A stretch of 64,000 nucleotides of DNA from Antedon mediterranea (taxonomy: Eukaryota; Animalia; Echinodermata). Position 1 is the stretch's first letter, and each line of letters begins with the position of its first letter. The notes under the pieces are model-generated. The model worked only from the letters and a program-made list of their open reading frames with translations, made no database searches and was not told the origin of the DNA. Positions 13,201-22,981 of the stretch are shown here, in pieces. The translations under genes and the position numbers were made by a program. The stretch lies in contig NC_092673.1 in NCBI RefSeq assembly GCF_964355755.1, positions 5,208,001 to 5,272,000 of the forward strand, given 5' to 3'.

Positions 13201-16200
13201 CTACTCGTCTCGAAAGATGTACTAGGTTTTTTAAAGTGCACACGAGCAAGTTGTGTACACTGGACCTACGGTTTATAGTCCTTATCCGAGAAGACTCGTT
13301 CTACCACCAGAACCATGGAGTGAGTGAGCCTCGAACCCCTGCCTATGTTATGGCTACGTGATTACGGTTCCACTGTCTTAACCGCTCGGCCACTCACTCA
13401 CTCGCGCGTAGTTAAAAATCTACCGATGAAATCATAAATTTTTCACTTGAGTCTCTTTAATATGTTTTCTACTGTTTTATGTCGTAATTAACAATTTTAT
13501 ATTTCAAAATAACGTTTATGTTTTCCTTCCAAAATGTTATACAATTTTGGTTTAATTTATTATATATTTAATATATTTTATATTTATTAGTCTTTGTCAT
13601 ACAACCTGATGTGTTTTAGTGTTAGTGAAAATGCAACATATTTGTATAAAGTATTGGAACTAAATGGCTTACTATTTTTAGAAACTTCTTTTTGTTAGAC
13701 CTTTATGCTATCCTAGCCCCTTATTATAGACCACATTTTTGAAGCAAGCAAAATTTGAAAACAAATGACATGGAATGCTCAAAATGTAAACATTGCAATT
13801 AAAGAGATATTACCATTTCATCCCCATTATATGCTAAACAGAACATGCATAGAATGAACCAAATAATGTTACCATAAAGTAAAATGTCATACATCATCAT
13901 ACAAATTCAGGATAATAACATGTTACAAAAAACTAGATAAATAATAGTGCTAGTAGAATTGTCTATATTGTCACTTGCAAACACCTCGCAGTGATCTGCT
14001 CGTATATAAATAAAAAATGAGTTTGAGAAGCTATAGATATGCTGATTATCTTTTAAAAACAACCCAGTCGAAACACAGCTTCTATTTACCTCTACTCTCA
14101 TTTATTTATTTTTCTATCGTTTACTTAGACCAACAATGAATTGAACAACACAGAAGACAAAGACCAAAAACCAAAGAAAGAATACGTCCACAATCTGGAA
14201 AACAAGTTAAGCATTGCACAGGAGGAGAATGAGTGCCTTGAACAGCAGATAAGTGAGCTGCAAGATGAGCTGAAGAAAGTTAAGATTCAGTTAGAAGTGG
14301 CAGCTGAGAAGTTACGTCCACCACCACCACCTCCTCCACCACCCCTTCCTACTGTAAAGCATCCATTAGAGTAAGTGATCTTTCCTTTTTTTATAAATCT
14401 GAAATGTATTTGTAAGTTTTAAAAATGTGCCCATATAGGGACATGACGATGTCATATCACTACCATAATTGGGCAAATCACTACCATATTTGGGCACACA
14501 AACTAGTTTAATAGTGTAGACAGAGCTTTATATTGGCTTTATTGTTAAAACATTGTTTGTTTCACTGGAAAGTATTCCTGTATTAGACTGTCCTCTGACT
14601 TACCCAAACTTTAGCAGCATTGGTCAAATTTTTCTGAAAAAGAGTAATTTAAAAAATTTAATTGAGTTTATTTATTTTTTAGTCTTTTGAAGAAGATTTT
14701 GAAGAAAAGTCCAGATGATAAAAAAGACAAAGGTAATGTATTTACAATATTGTAAGTAACAAAACAAAGATAATTTAGTGTTTTATGAAATTTATTAATT
14801 TAGATTATTTGAATGTTAAAAATACTTATTTGGTTGTTTTGTTTGTACAATTTGATAATACAGGAAGAAAAGCTAAAGCTCAAGCGGGTATGGTATATTT
14901 AATTTTGCTGTTTCAACATATATCAATTTTTTCATTTTTAAAGATATTTTCTTGCTTTCATTCTTGTTTTTGTAGTTTTGAATGTTCTTATCTTCTGTAC
15001 ACATTTCTAAATTATAAAGTAGAAATTATTTAGATTTTAATCATATCATTAAAAATAAAATCATCAATCATTTGATCATATCTCATTTACATTTAAAACT
15101 AAAGAAAATATATAGAATTACATTAGAAACCATTTTATAAATTGCTTAAGCCCGGCGCAAACTAGACCTTTTGGCTGAGCTAACTGGCATGAGTAACACT
15201 TGGCTCACTAAAATATTTACCGCAAACTGTGATCGCGTTCTATCGCACACTAAACGCCTTCAGTACGCGATTTTCTGATTGGATAATTACTTACTACGCT
15301 ATACGGCACGCTCTGACATATTATAATAAATCAGAACATGTCATGCGCAGTGGAATATTTTAGTGAGCTATCTGCTCACGTTCGGCACACACTTGAGGAA
15401 CGCATGGCCGATTCCTCACGAATTCCCCGGCGCACACTGTGAGTCAGGTATTACTCGTGCCAGTTGGCCGAAAGCTCTAGCTTTAGCTTTATATAGCACT
15501 TTTCCAAGCTCATCAAGGCACTTCACAGTAGATTCGTGTTAAAATGTGCTTTATAGATGCAACACATGAAACAACTTTCACAACAACTCTCTCTTTTCGA
15601 CCTGCCATCAAACGGTACTAATCCTCCCTCAGTGACAGGGGTTGATGTGGACCAGTACACCAGGGTAACCCCTGCTAAGTTGATGTGGACCAGTACACCA
15701 GGATAACCCCTGCTAAGTTGATGTGTACCGGTACACCAGGGTAACCCCTGCTAAGTTGATGTGGACCAGTACACCAGGGTTAACCCCTGCTAAGTTACTG
15801 CCATCTTAGTTTTTTTTAGCCATCTAGAACAATAAATAATGAAATTGAATATAGTGACCCAAAACTTCTATATAAAACTTAATAATAGTGTACTTTTATT
15901 TGAATATTAAAGAATTTTTATTATTTGTTTTGTTTATACAATTTGATAAATAGGCTTCCAATTTCGTTTTGCTGTTTAAAAGAAATTACAAATTTCATTT
16001 ATTTGTTTTGTTTTTCCTATTGTTGTTAATTTGCTCATCCAAAATGATGTTTTCATCCTTATTCAATGACACATTAATTTATTTATTTTTTTAACTTTTA
16101 TTTTCTTTATTCATTTGGTAATTTCCATCTTCCCCCCCCCCCCCCCCACAAAAAAAAAACCATGAACAATGAAGATTAATAAAATCTGATTGTGACCAGT

Positions 16201-19200
16201 TTGTAGTTTTGATAAGTTAATCACTTCTGCAGAAAAAAAAAATTTTCACTTAAAAAAGACAAAACAGTTAAATTCACCAAAAACGCATTGACTGCCAGAC
16301 AATTTGACTATTTTTTCCTTTAAATTAAATTTTTTCAGGTACCGGTAAATATTTTTTACATTTTTTTGTCAAAGTGGATAACTATCATGGAACGTCAAAA
16401 TGGCATATTCAACAAACCAAAATTTTGAGGGGGAAACTATCTTTAACCATCTTCTTAATTATAATTAGCACTGTAGATAAATATAATACCTGTGTTGTTG
16501 TATATTGTTTGTAAACGGTATGTGATACTGTAACTAGTCTGGATGCACCATTGTTTGTGGTGTTGGTCCCACTTTCTTTGAGGATGTTAGAGTTTATTAA
16601 TCAATTTCAAGGCATTCTTTAACTTTAAGTCACTGTATATATTGTATTTGTAAACAGCTATATTGCCGTTGTTTTTTTTATATAATATTTATTAACAATT
16701 GGCAGACTACTTGAACTGCAGCCTACAAAGCAACAATCTTTGTTCATTCATTCACTCAAACTCATACCTGATGAAACAACGTTTGATTAATACTGTACTA
16801 ATGTTTGTGTTGCCAGATCCCTTACAGGAAAAGCATACTGCCTTAATAGATGAAATGATGAACAGGATAAAGAAAGGAAGAGTTGGACTTAAACCTGTAA
16901 ATGAGGTAAGCTTGCCTGAAACAGGAAGTATTAGAATGGTTTTCAAGAGTCATGAAGAGAATGGACATATAGAAATATGATCTGGTTTTGGGCCAGTATT
17001 TGAAAAAGTATCTATCCTTAAATGTTAGGGATTAGTCACTTACCATCTTATAAATGTAATTACAGAGACTTAGCTATTTGTTGTAGATTTGAACATTTAA
17101 AAAAAAAAGAAAATAAACTTTGTAATATTGTGATTGAAAATGATTATATGAAAAAAACACGATTAAAAATAAAATTCAAATGTCTTTCTGTATTTTACAT
17201 TTGAAGCAACCAAAGCCTATTGAAAGAGGGAGAAGCTCTAAACTGAGTCGCAAAAACACTCACACACCAGCCTTTATGGAACTCAATGGACTTTTGGTAG
17301 GTGACAATTCATTATTATACTAGGTATAAATCCAACTCCTAAAAGATGAATGCAGTCTGTCAGAGATTGTAGCTAAAGCTCTGTCCACACTATCAAACTA
17401 GTTTGACAAAAAAAGTGTGATATGATCACACTTTTTTTGTCAATTGTCAATATATTTAATATAGTAGTGATCGAGTCAAATGGCGAGCGGTTAAGGCAGG
17501 GGCGCCGTTTAGCATACATCGACAAGAGTTCGGGCCCACTCGCTCCTAGTTCTGTTGGTGGCACAAGTCTTCTCAGATAAGGACTGTAAACCGTAGGTCA
17601 CAGTTATAACCTTTAAAGAACCTAGTTAATTATTCAAGAAGAGTAAAGGGTTTTGTCACATAAAGTTTGAGCTTTAGATTGTTTGTCTCAAGTGAAAACA
17701 GAAGTAACAAAACTTCCTATTTGAGATGTATAAAGAACACTTGAAAAGACTTGAAACCATCATGTGAAACTGTTCATAATAATGAAACCATTTTTAATAA
17801 ATGAAACAAATGTATTACAATGGGAGAAATACAACCAAGCTCTAAGAACAAACACATTATAATAAAAGAATATAAGAATCAGATTGAATATAAAAATCTT
17901 TTCTTTTAAATTTGTGTTTGTATTTATATGAAGATATTAATATATTAGGCCTAACATTATAAGAAATACTGGCAGCTAAAAAGTTGTAAAAAGATTAGTT
18001 ACCTTTAATCTTCAAAACTTGAAACACCAACCCCCACAATTCCTTAATACTTACTTCCTTCTAATATCATCAATAATTAAAAATATGTACAGTATTATAC
18101 TTGTGGACTGATATTCCAATGTGTATATGTATCTTTTTTATTTCAGAAAAAGAACAATAAAAACCAGCCTCCATTAATCAAATCCTCGTCCGAATCCGAT
18201 GCTTCTCCAGAGTTAATGAAGATTATGAACCGTAGACGTCATAAGTTAGATATAGAGGGATCTCCCAAAGAGAATGGACAAAAAGGTAAGATTTTCAATT
18301 TGTTTATTTTATTTGCTCAATATATATTGTTGCTGATGAATACTTCTACTTGATTAAAAAATTACCTGAAATTGTTTTATTATGATTTTTTACATGACAG
18401 ACATTTCCTTTAAAATAAAAAGCTGGCTATAATATATTCAAAACAGCAACTATAATTATTATCATAATAAACTGTTTTTATCAGATAATATGGATATTTC
18501 AAATGGCAATGCAGTTAGTCCTCCTCCAATCAGGTTTGTTGAAAGGATTGTGGGATTGCTAGCATGTGAATGATATGAAAACAAAAACTTGCATTGTGAT
18601 TATACAACTGCCTTGCATTGTTCTTATCGTATTCATGCAGTAGAACCGTTATGAAGGGGACACTTTCAGACTGTTACTGTCCCTTTTACGTTTAACAGGA
18701 GATTGTCCCGTTAATAGGGCAGTTGTCCCCAAAATAGGGGTGTCCCAATAAACAGGTTTCTACTATTTGATTTGATACAATTCCTCTCCTTTTTATTTAT
18801 CTAATATTACTAATAGGATTGTAATTCAGTGTAGTCCCATCTGAAGATCATTGCTTGGGATTCGAACAACTACTTTTTGTAAAAAATTCTCATACAATTA
18901 TTTGGGACATTACTTTATTTTGTTTGTTTATGTATTATTGCATGTCTGTAGTAGTATTATTTGGTTTTTATTCATATATGCTTGCGATACTTTTTTTGTG
19001 TTAAGACTGATTAATATTTATTCATATATTTTATCAAGAGATTGATTGAATGCAGGTTTTAGTAAATAGTAAAACTTTTCCAACATAAAATTGTTTTACT
19101 TTACAGGAGAAACAGCCTCTTAAAGAAAACAAAACTAAAGACACCACCAGCAGTTGCTAAGAAACCAGTAACAAGGTCAGTGTCTTCTACGACAGCACGA

Positions 19201-19920
19201 CCTTTCAACCTTAATCATTCCAGAAGTCGGGTAAGAGCTCTACAGGTCAGATACGAGGAAGCTTGTTCCGCGGAAGAAACCGAATCAATCGGTAGTTTAT
19301 CACCAATGAACTCACCGACCTTTGACTTGCCTGATTTGTTTCCTTCTGCTACTCCTTCTTTATCGTCGTTATCGCCCGCATCTGTCAAGAGGAATGGCAT
19401 AATCGGAGTACCTCAACCATGGACTCCTTCCAGGACTTCATCTAGTTCCAGCACGGCATCGGGAAAAGGCACACAATGGATGGTACCACTTATTTCTCCT
19501 ATATCGCCAGCAACTTCCTTTTCATCTCAATCGTCATGGTCGTCATCCTCATCATCGTCGCCCCCACCGATTCCTCCACATGGGCCATTTTCAAATATAC
19601 CATCGCATCATACTAACGGCTATTCTCGATCCTCCTCGCCGGCAAATTCACAAATTATCGAACCTATACAGAACAGAACTAAAAGCTCAAGATCGCCTTT
19701 GTCGTTTCTTTTAAAATCGCCAAGTTTTTCTCGATTTTCAATGAATAGTAACAATGAGCTCACAGAAAGTGGCGACAATCATATATACGAAGCGTACGAG
19801 TTGTTTGAAGAGGAAGAAGATAATCCATTGTATGAAAGCATAGACCAGCCTTGTAGAGATTATAAGATACGCGAAAGATATTACCCAAATTGTAATAACC
19901 CTTTGACAAATTCAAGGTAA
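1071..19920 (+). CDS. SHTN1: Shootin-1-like protein, multi-exon, 5'-partial (upstream exons probably outside the window)
   Basis: Exons 1071-1215, 2991-3088, 8201-8282, 8837-8931, 9579-9725, 10186-11097, 11419-11439, 12272-12310, 14129-14370, 14683-14732, 14864-14887, 16817-16905, 17207-17296, 18147-18285, 18485-18533, 19107-19920. All GT-AG and phase-consistent (3036 nt). Peptides match recalled shootin-1 motifs: RVSTLVVNEFEEISENYEKEALLRKKAESFAAKM..RRQSQILL, a poly-Pro run after the coiled coil, DEMMNRIKKGRVGLKPVN, ELNGLL, ELMKIMNRRR. Confidence 0.85.
2991..3088 (+). CDS. SHTN1: shootin-like coiled-coil exon (ELRDELTALRKDLDV...ITLKHE)
   Basis: Phase 1 to 0, heptad pattern, GAA|gtaagt donor. 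Acceptor is A-rich (ttttttttaaaaaaaag). Confidence 0.75.
3070..4860. repeat. 81/77-bp minisatellite containing an exon end and splice donor, 23 copies of CATGAAGTA
   Basis: Unit ttacattaaaacatgaa-gtaagtatgtttataaacaatacaaagaacaagtttaaagctgtgtttacacgcactagagtta. Confidence 0.97.
5434..6207. mobile_element. non-autonomous DNA transposon (PIF/Harbinger-like), 774 bp
   Basis: 17-bp TIR GGCCCTGTTTCTGCTGC / GCAGCAGAAACAGGCCC (1 mismatch), ATA/ATA 3-bp TSD, subterminal AAATACCGTATTT repeats. Confidence 0.85.
6330..6540 (+). repeat. dispersed repeat, second copy at 40037-40203
   Basis: About 170 bp shared (aggccttgtctttt...gcactcctcaatacattcag...gtgagtgatcgcactc). Confidence 0.8.
8201..8282 (+). 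CDS. SHTN1: shootin-like exon (LEQERISNSDLKDALKQRDRAIQQFSR)
   Basis: Strong poly-T tract, ttcag acceptor, G|gtaacc donor. Confidence 0.85.
8469..8700 (+). mobile_element. tRNA-derived SINE (family B)
   Basis: tggcttggtgg and gggttcaagtcc boxes. The body gactttgtttatgtagagcatcttgt also occurs reverse-complemented at about 36070-36140. Confidence 0.7.
8837..8931 (+). CDS. SHTN1: shootin-like exon (VSTLVVNEFEE...LRKKAESFAAK)
   Basis: LRKKAESFA shootin motif; tttcag / AAG|gtaatt. Confidence 0.9.
9579..9725 (+). CDS. SHTN1: shootin-like exon (MYQEKK...RRQSQILLDPPDDKF...)
   Basis: ttccag / AAG|gtaatg; RQSxxLL motif. Confidence 0.9.
10186..11097 (+). CDS. SHTN1: large symmetric E/K/S/P-rich repeat exon of the shootin-like gene (304 codons)
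   Basis: 912-nt open frame bounded by tttag and GAG|gtaact, phase 0-0; internal EEPKSSNKPVIPERTVSAAK repeats. Confidence 0.75.
11419..11439 (+). CDS. SHTN1: 21-nt microexon (SNDQMIK)
   Basis: ttttacag / AAG|gtattt, frame-preserving. Confidence 0.55.
12106..12150 (+). ncRNA. type I hammerhead ribozyme
   Basis: ctgca-CTGACGA-gatct(aata)agatc-GAA-acag(ta)ctgt-C-tgcag. Complete catalytic core, three stems, GUC cleavage triplet. Confidence 0.88.
12272..12310 (+). CDS. SHTN1: 39-nt short exon (KILTMMESITDTE)
   Basis: attgcattcag / GAG|gtgaat, frame-preserving. Confidence 0.55.
12659..12829. mobile_element. Harbinger-type MITE copy
   Basis: Full TIRs and internal 21-bp subrepeats. Confidence 0.88.
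13095..13403 (-). mobile_element. tRNA-derived SINE (family A)
   Basis: A box TGGCCGAGCGG, B box GGTTCGAGGC, A-rich tail; related copies at 17468-17652 and 26665-26916. Confidence 0.85.
14129..14370 (+). CDS. SHTN1: shootin-like exon: coiled coil plus poly-proline
   Basis: ...ELKKVKIQLEVAAEKLRPPPPPPPPPLP; cttag / GA|gtaagt. Confidence 0.9.
14683..14732 (+). CDS. SHTN1: shootin-like exon (DLLKKILKKSPDDKKDK)
   Basis: Phase 2 to 1, tttag / G|gtaatg. Confidence 0.8.
14864..14887 (+). CDS. SHTN1: 24-nt microexon (GRKAKAQA)
   Basis: tacag / G|gtatgg, symmetric phase 1. Confidence 0.6.
15149..15485. mobile_element. MITE with long imperfect inverted termini
   Basis: aactggcatgagtaacacttggctcac pairs with gtgagtcaggtattactcgtgccagtt; inner ctcactaaaatatt pairs with aatattttagtgag. 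Confidence 0.7.
15641..15797. repeat. 38-bp tandem repeat, 4 copies
   Basis: gttgatgtggaccagtacaccagggtaacccctgctaa. Confidence 0.9.
16817..16905 (+). CDS. SHTN1: shootin-like exon with WH2-like motif (DEMMNRIKKGRVGLKPVNE)
   Basis: Matches the recalled vertebrate motif EEMMDRIKKGVHLRPVN. Confidence 0.9.
17207..17296 (+). CDS. SHTN1: shootin-like exon (...PAFMELNGLL)
   Basis: ttgaag / TTG|gtaggt, 90 nt. Confidence 0.75.
17468..17652 (+). mobile_element. tRNA-derived SINE (family A), nested in a MITE
   Basis: tggcgagcggttaag, gagttcgggccc, shared body ttctcagataaggactgtaaaccgtaggtc. Confidence 0.8.
18147..18285 (+). CDS. SHTN1: shootin-like exon (...ELMKIMNRRRHK...)
   Basis: tttcag / G|gtaaga. 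Confidence 0.85.
18485..18533 (+). CDS. SHTN1: shootin-like exon (DNMDISNGNAVSPPPIR)
   Basis: Phase 1 to 2, needed to bridge the flanking exons. Confidence 0.75.
18638..18764. mobile_element. Tc1/mariner-pogo-like MITE relic
   Basis: cagtagaacc..aagggacact / gtgtccc..ggtttctact; relatives at 42126-42357, 52388-52540, 53432-53672, 63545-63652. Confidence 0.6.
19107..19920 (+). CDS. SHTN1: probable terminal exon, Ser/Pro-rich disordered tail
   Basis: ttacag acceptor, long open frame ending TAA at 19918-19920. AG|gtaatt at 19916 could instead be a donor. Confidence 0.75.
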
Positions 19921-22269
19921 TTGTTAAGAAGTTTGTAAATACGTTTTATATTTGTATAATTTGTACTATTAAAGATTATCTTTTTCTCACTGTTTCAGTT
20001 TTATTTCACACAACATTTTACACTATATGTACAATTGTACTTATAAATGCTGTAATAATACTTTTGATTGTGTGTGGAGATTACAATAAGTTTGAACCTT
20101 GTTTGTTTTAATGAAGGAAAAATAACTTAACATTTTGGTTTGCTTTTAAAACTACATAAATACTTGTGATATATTTTGCATGCATTCCATGCTTCGGAAT
20201 GTGTCATGCATAGTACTTACTAAAAAAAAGTTGAAGAATATTTTAAAATTTTCAGTTACATAAAGAGTAATTTTAGACCTAAAAAAATAAAACTACTATT
20301 GCGTCAGGTTGCGTAATTATGTGAAAAGGTGAGTCACATGACACATCACATTGTCTGAGTTATAGAATCGTGTATTATTATAACAAAACTCTACTTTAGA
20401 TAACATTTTAATTTTGTATATACATAACCTTATAGTCAAAACTTGACATATTACTATTTTTAACGTAATTGTGTATATATTTATGACAATGTTAAAACTC
20501 TTCTGGATAAGAGTATTTCACTCTCATATTTCTTGTGTAAGAATCTGAAAAAGTATTTCAAAAGTATAGATGGTGCAGGGCCGTATCCCAGTGTTTAAGG
20601 ATATGCTATCTGGCCTCACTATTTAATATTGTTGCATAGCAGATGGCAGTCAAATTAGCACGAAAATACTACCTGATTTTGACACCCTGTTTGAAAGACC
20701 TAGCACAGTTATTTTGACTAGTAGATTAAACTCTTTTTTTGTGGACTGATGGCAATAAAATCGCATCTCAATGTTCGTTTTGACTCAATATGATTTGATA
20801 CAGATTTGTGAAAAAAAATGCTAGGCCCAGACCTAGGTTCACTCACTAGCCGCGCTATGCTAGGCCTAGTCTAGAGGCTGGTAGGCCTAGACCCTGTTGT
20901 GATTGCGGCCCACATGATGAGCCTTCTTGAATTGAGTTTGCTTAGCTAGCTAGGCCTAATAAATGCTAATCTCAATGTTTGTTTTGACTCAATATTATGT
21001 GTGTAATTGGAGCTGGACCAAAGCAGGTGTGAAAGACCCTTAACTCTGTAGACCCATCACTGGCCCACACTCATCTGATTACTGATACTGTAGAATGGTA
21101 GATGAATATATATTGTTTCATTGCTATTGAGTAGTAATACTTAATTTTAAGTGTAAACTGTGTGTTTTATATCTTATTATAAATATATATATTGTTATAT
21201 TGTTTATAATCTGTGGTGTCTATGTACTGTGTTCAAATAACAATTTATAAATGTAATATATTAATCGAGAAATTTTAAATGAATTTAAAATATTTGTTAT
21301 TTTTATATGCAGAAGTATAATAGTATAATATACCTTGAAAATATAATAGCAATACATTGCTTTTAAAAAGATTTTATACTAATAAATTTATGTAATTTGT
21401 GACTACAATACTTGGTGTTTTTGTAGAAATATTAAATTTGAAAAATATATTTTAAACTGAAAAATAGAAGCCTGGTGAGTTTCAACTGCAGGTATCAAAA
21501 TAACTTTCAACAAATTATTTAAATTGTATATATAAATAGAATAGAAAAATATAGTATATAGTTTATGTAATTTTATATATAGTATGGTGTACCATCGAAA
21601 AAATCCAAGTTTTTACACTGTTAAAAAAGTCCTCTATTTTGGATGGCGTCAAAGAAGATGCATATTCTGGCAAAACGTCCATTCATGCGATAAATACATG
21701 TGTTTTAGTTTCTGTATTACTGTACCCTCTTTTCAGTTGTTGTCCTAAATGCCTAGGGTGAAATCTGTATATTGTCTATTTATCCCTATTTTATCCATGG
21801 GGTTCTATAGTCGTAATTATTATTATTGAAATAATAAAGTATTTCACAATATGGTTCCCAAACAAATGATTTTATTGGTGTCTGGTTTGGTTAATGCAAA
21901 GGATAAATATTTTGTGTGATAGTGTAGCTATAGTTGTGTGTAAAATGACTTCTAATATGTATGATTGTAATTTACGTTTTGAGAACAGTTGAAGAAGCTG
22001 TAATTGCAAAATAAAATTAAGAATTCTGTAAACTTGTCGTCATATTTGTTTTTAAATAAAGCAGAATATTAGTGATCACCAAAGTAAAAGTAATATTCGT
22101 ATACACAAAGTGAATTTCAGACGTAAGGTCAAAAGAAAGGGGTATACATTAGAATGGTACTTAGTGCACTATATGGATGTGGTAGGGGGCTTGCGTCTTT
22201 TTTTCGACAAAAAAGTGCACAGCTTGTAAAAATGTATAGCCCCCTCAATAGGTTGTATCGATAACGACA

Positions 22270-22367
22270 CTGTGATTGGTCAATGTTGAAAGATAACATC
22301 GCGCACATTTTTTAATTCTCCCATTTCGTATCGACAGGTCACAAGAATAACATTTATATTTTGTACC
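22270..22367 (+). promoter_or_regulatory. probable securin promoter and non-coding first exon
   Basis: Inverted CCAAT (ATTGG 22275-22279), local CpG enrichment, and donor cc|gtaagt at 22367/22368. The next acceptor is at 22962, just upstream of the ATG. Confidence 0.5.
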
Positions 22368-22981
22368 GTAAGTAATTATAAATAAATGCAATGTGGTTCT
22401 TGAATTAATACCAATATATATGATATTTTGGGATCATATTTTGTTTTGATATAAATGCTATCGAGCTTATAATCTTGTTAGAGCTTAATAAATAATCATA
22501 ATGTATGGCTCCCGATTGATTCAAACTGTTAGCCGCGGCTTCTTTTTTTAGGTAGGGGGCCTTAGTATAGGCCTAGCTGGGTAGATAGGCCTAGGCTAGC
22601 TAGGCCCTACTCTTTTCTGCCTGAAATATAGGCCTAGGCCTAGCGTGTATTCGGCTTAGTTACTGTTATGATAAGCCTCACACTTGACTGAGCCTCTGCT
22701 AGGCTATGCAGGGTATCTAACTTTAAAATAGGCTAGCCTAGGGCTAGGCCTAGGCTATTAGTATTAGTATTAGAAGTTTTTTTAATTAATTTTAACAATA
22801 AAAACATCTGTCTAGGCCCTAGGTAGGGCCTAGCTAGGCTTATGTAAGTACAATATGTTTTTCTAGGCCTTGTTTGGGCTACGGCTACTTCATAAAGGCC
22901 TAGCTAAAAATTCCTAATGGATGTAGGCCTATGCCAAATGTATTTTCTTTGTTTTATTTCAGAACACACTGCAGTTTGAAA

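Noticed and set aside
18841-18875. Other CTGANGA hammerhead-like cores (18841, 16768, minus strand about 51700)
   Set aside because: No properly closed stem II, GAAA, stem III and stem I arrangement.
20914-21080. C/D snoRNA candidate (ATGATGA ... CTGA)
   Set aside because: No terminal stem or recognisable rRNA guide, and the location is not clearly intronic.
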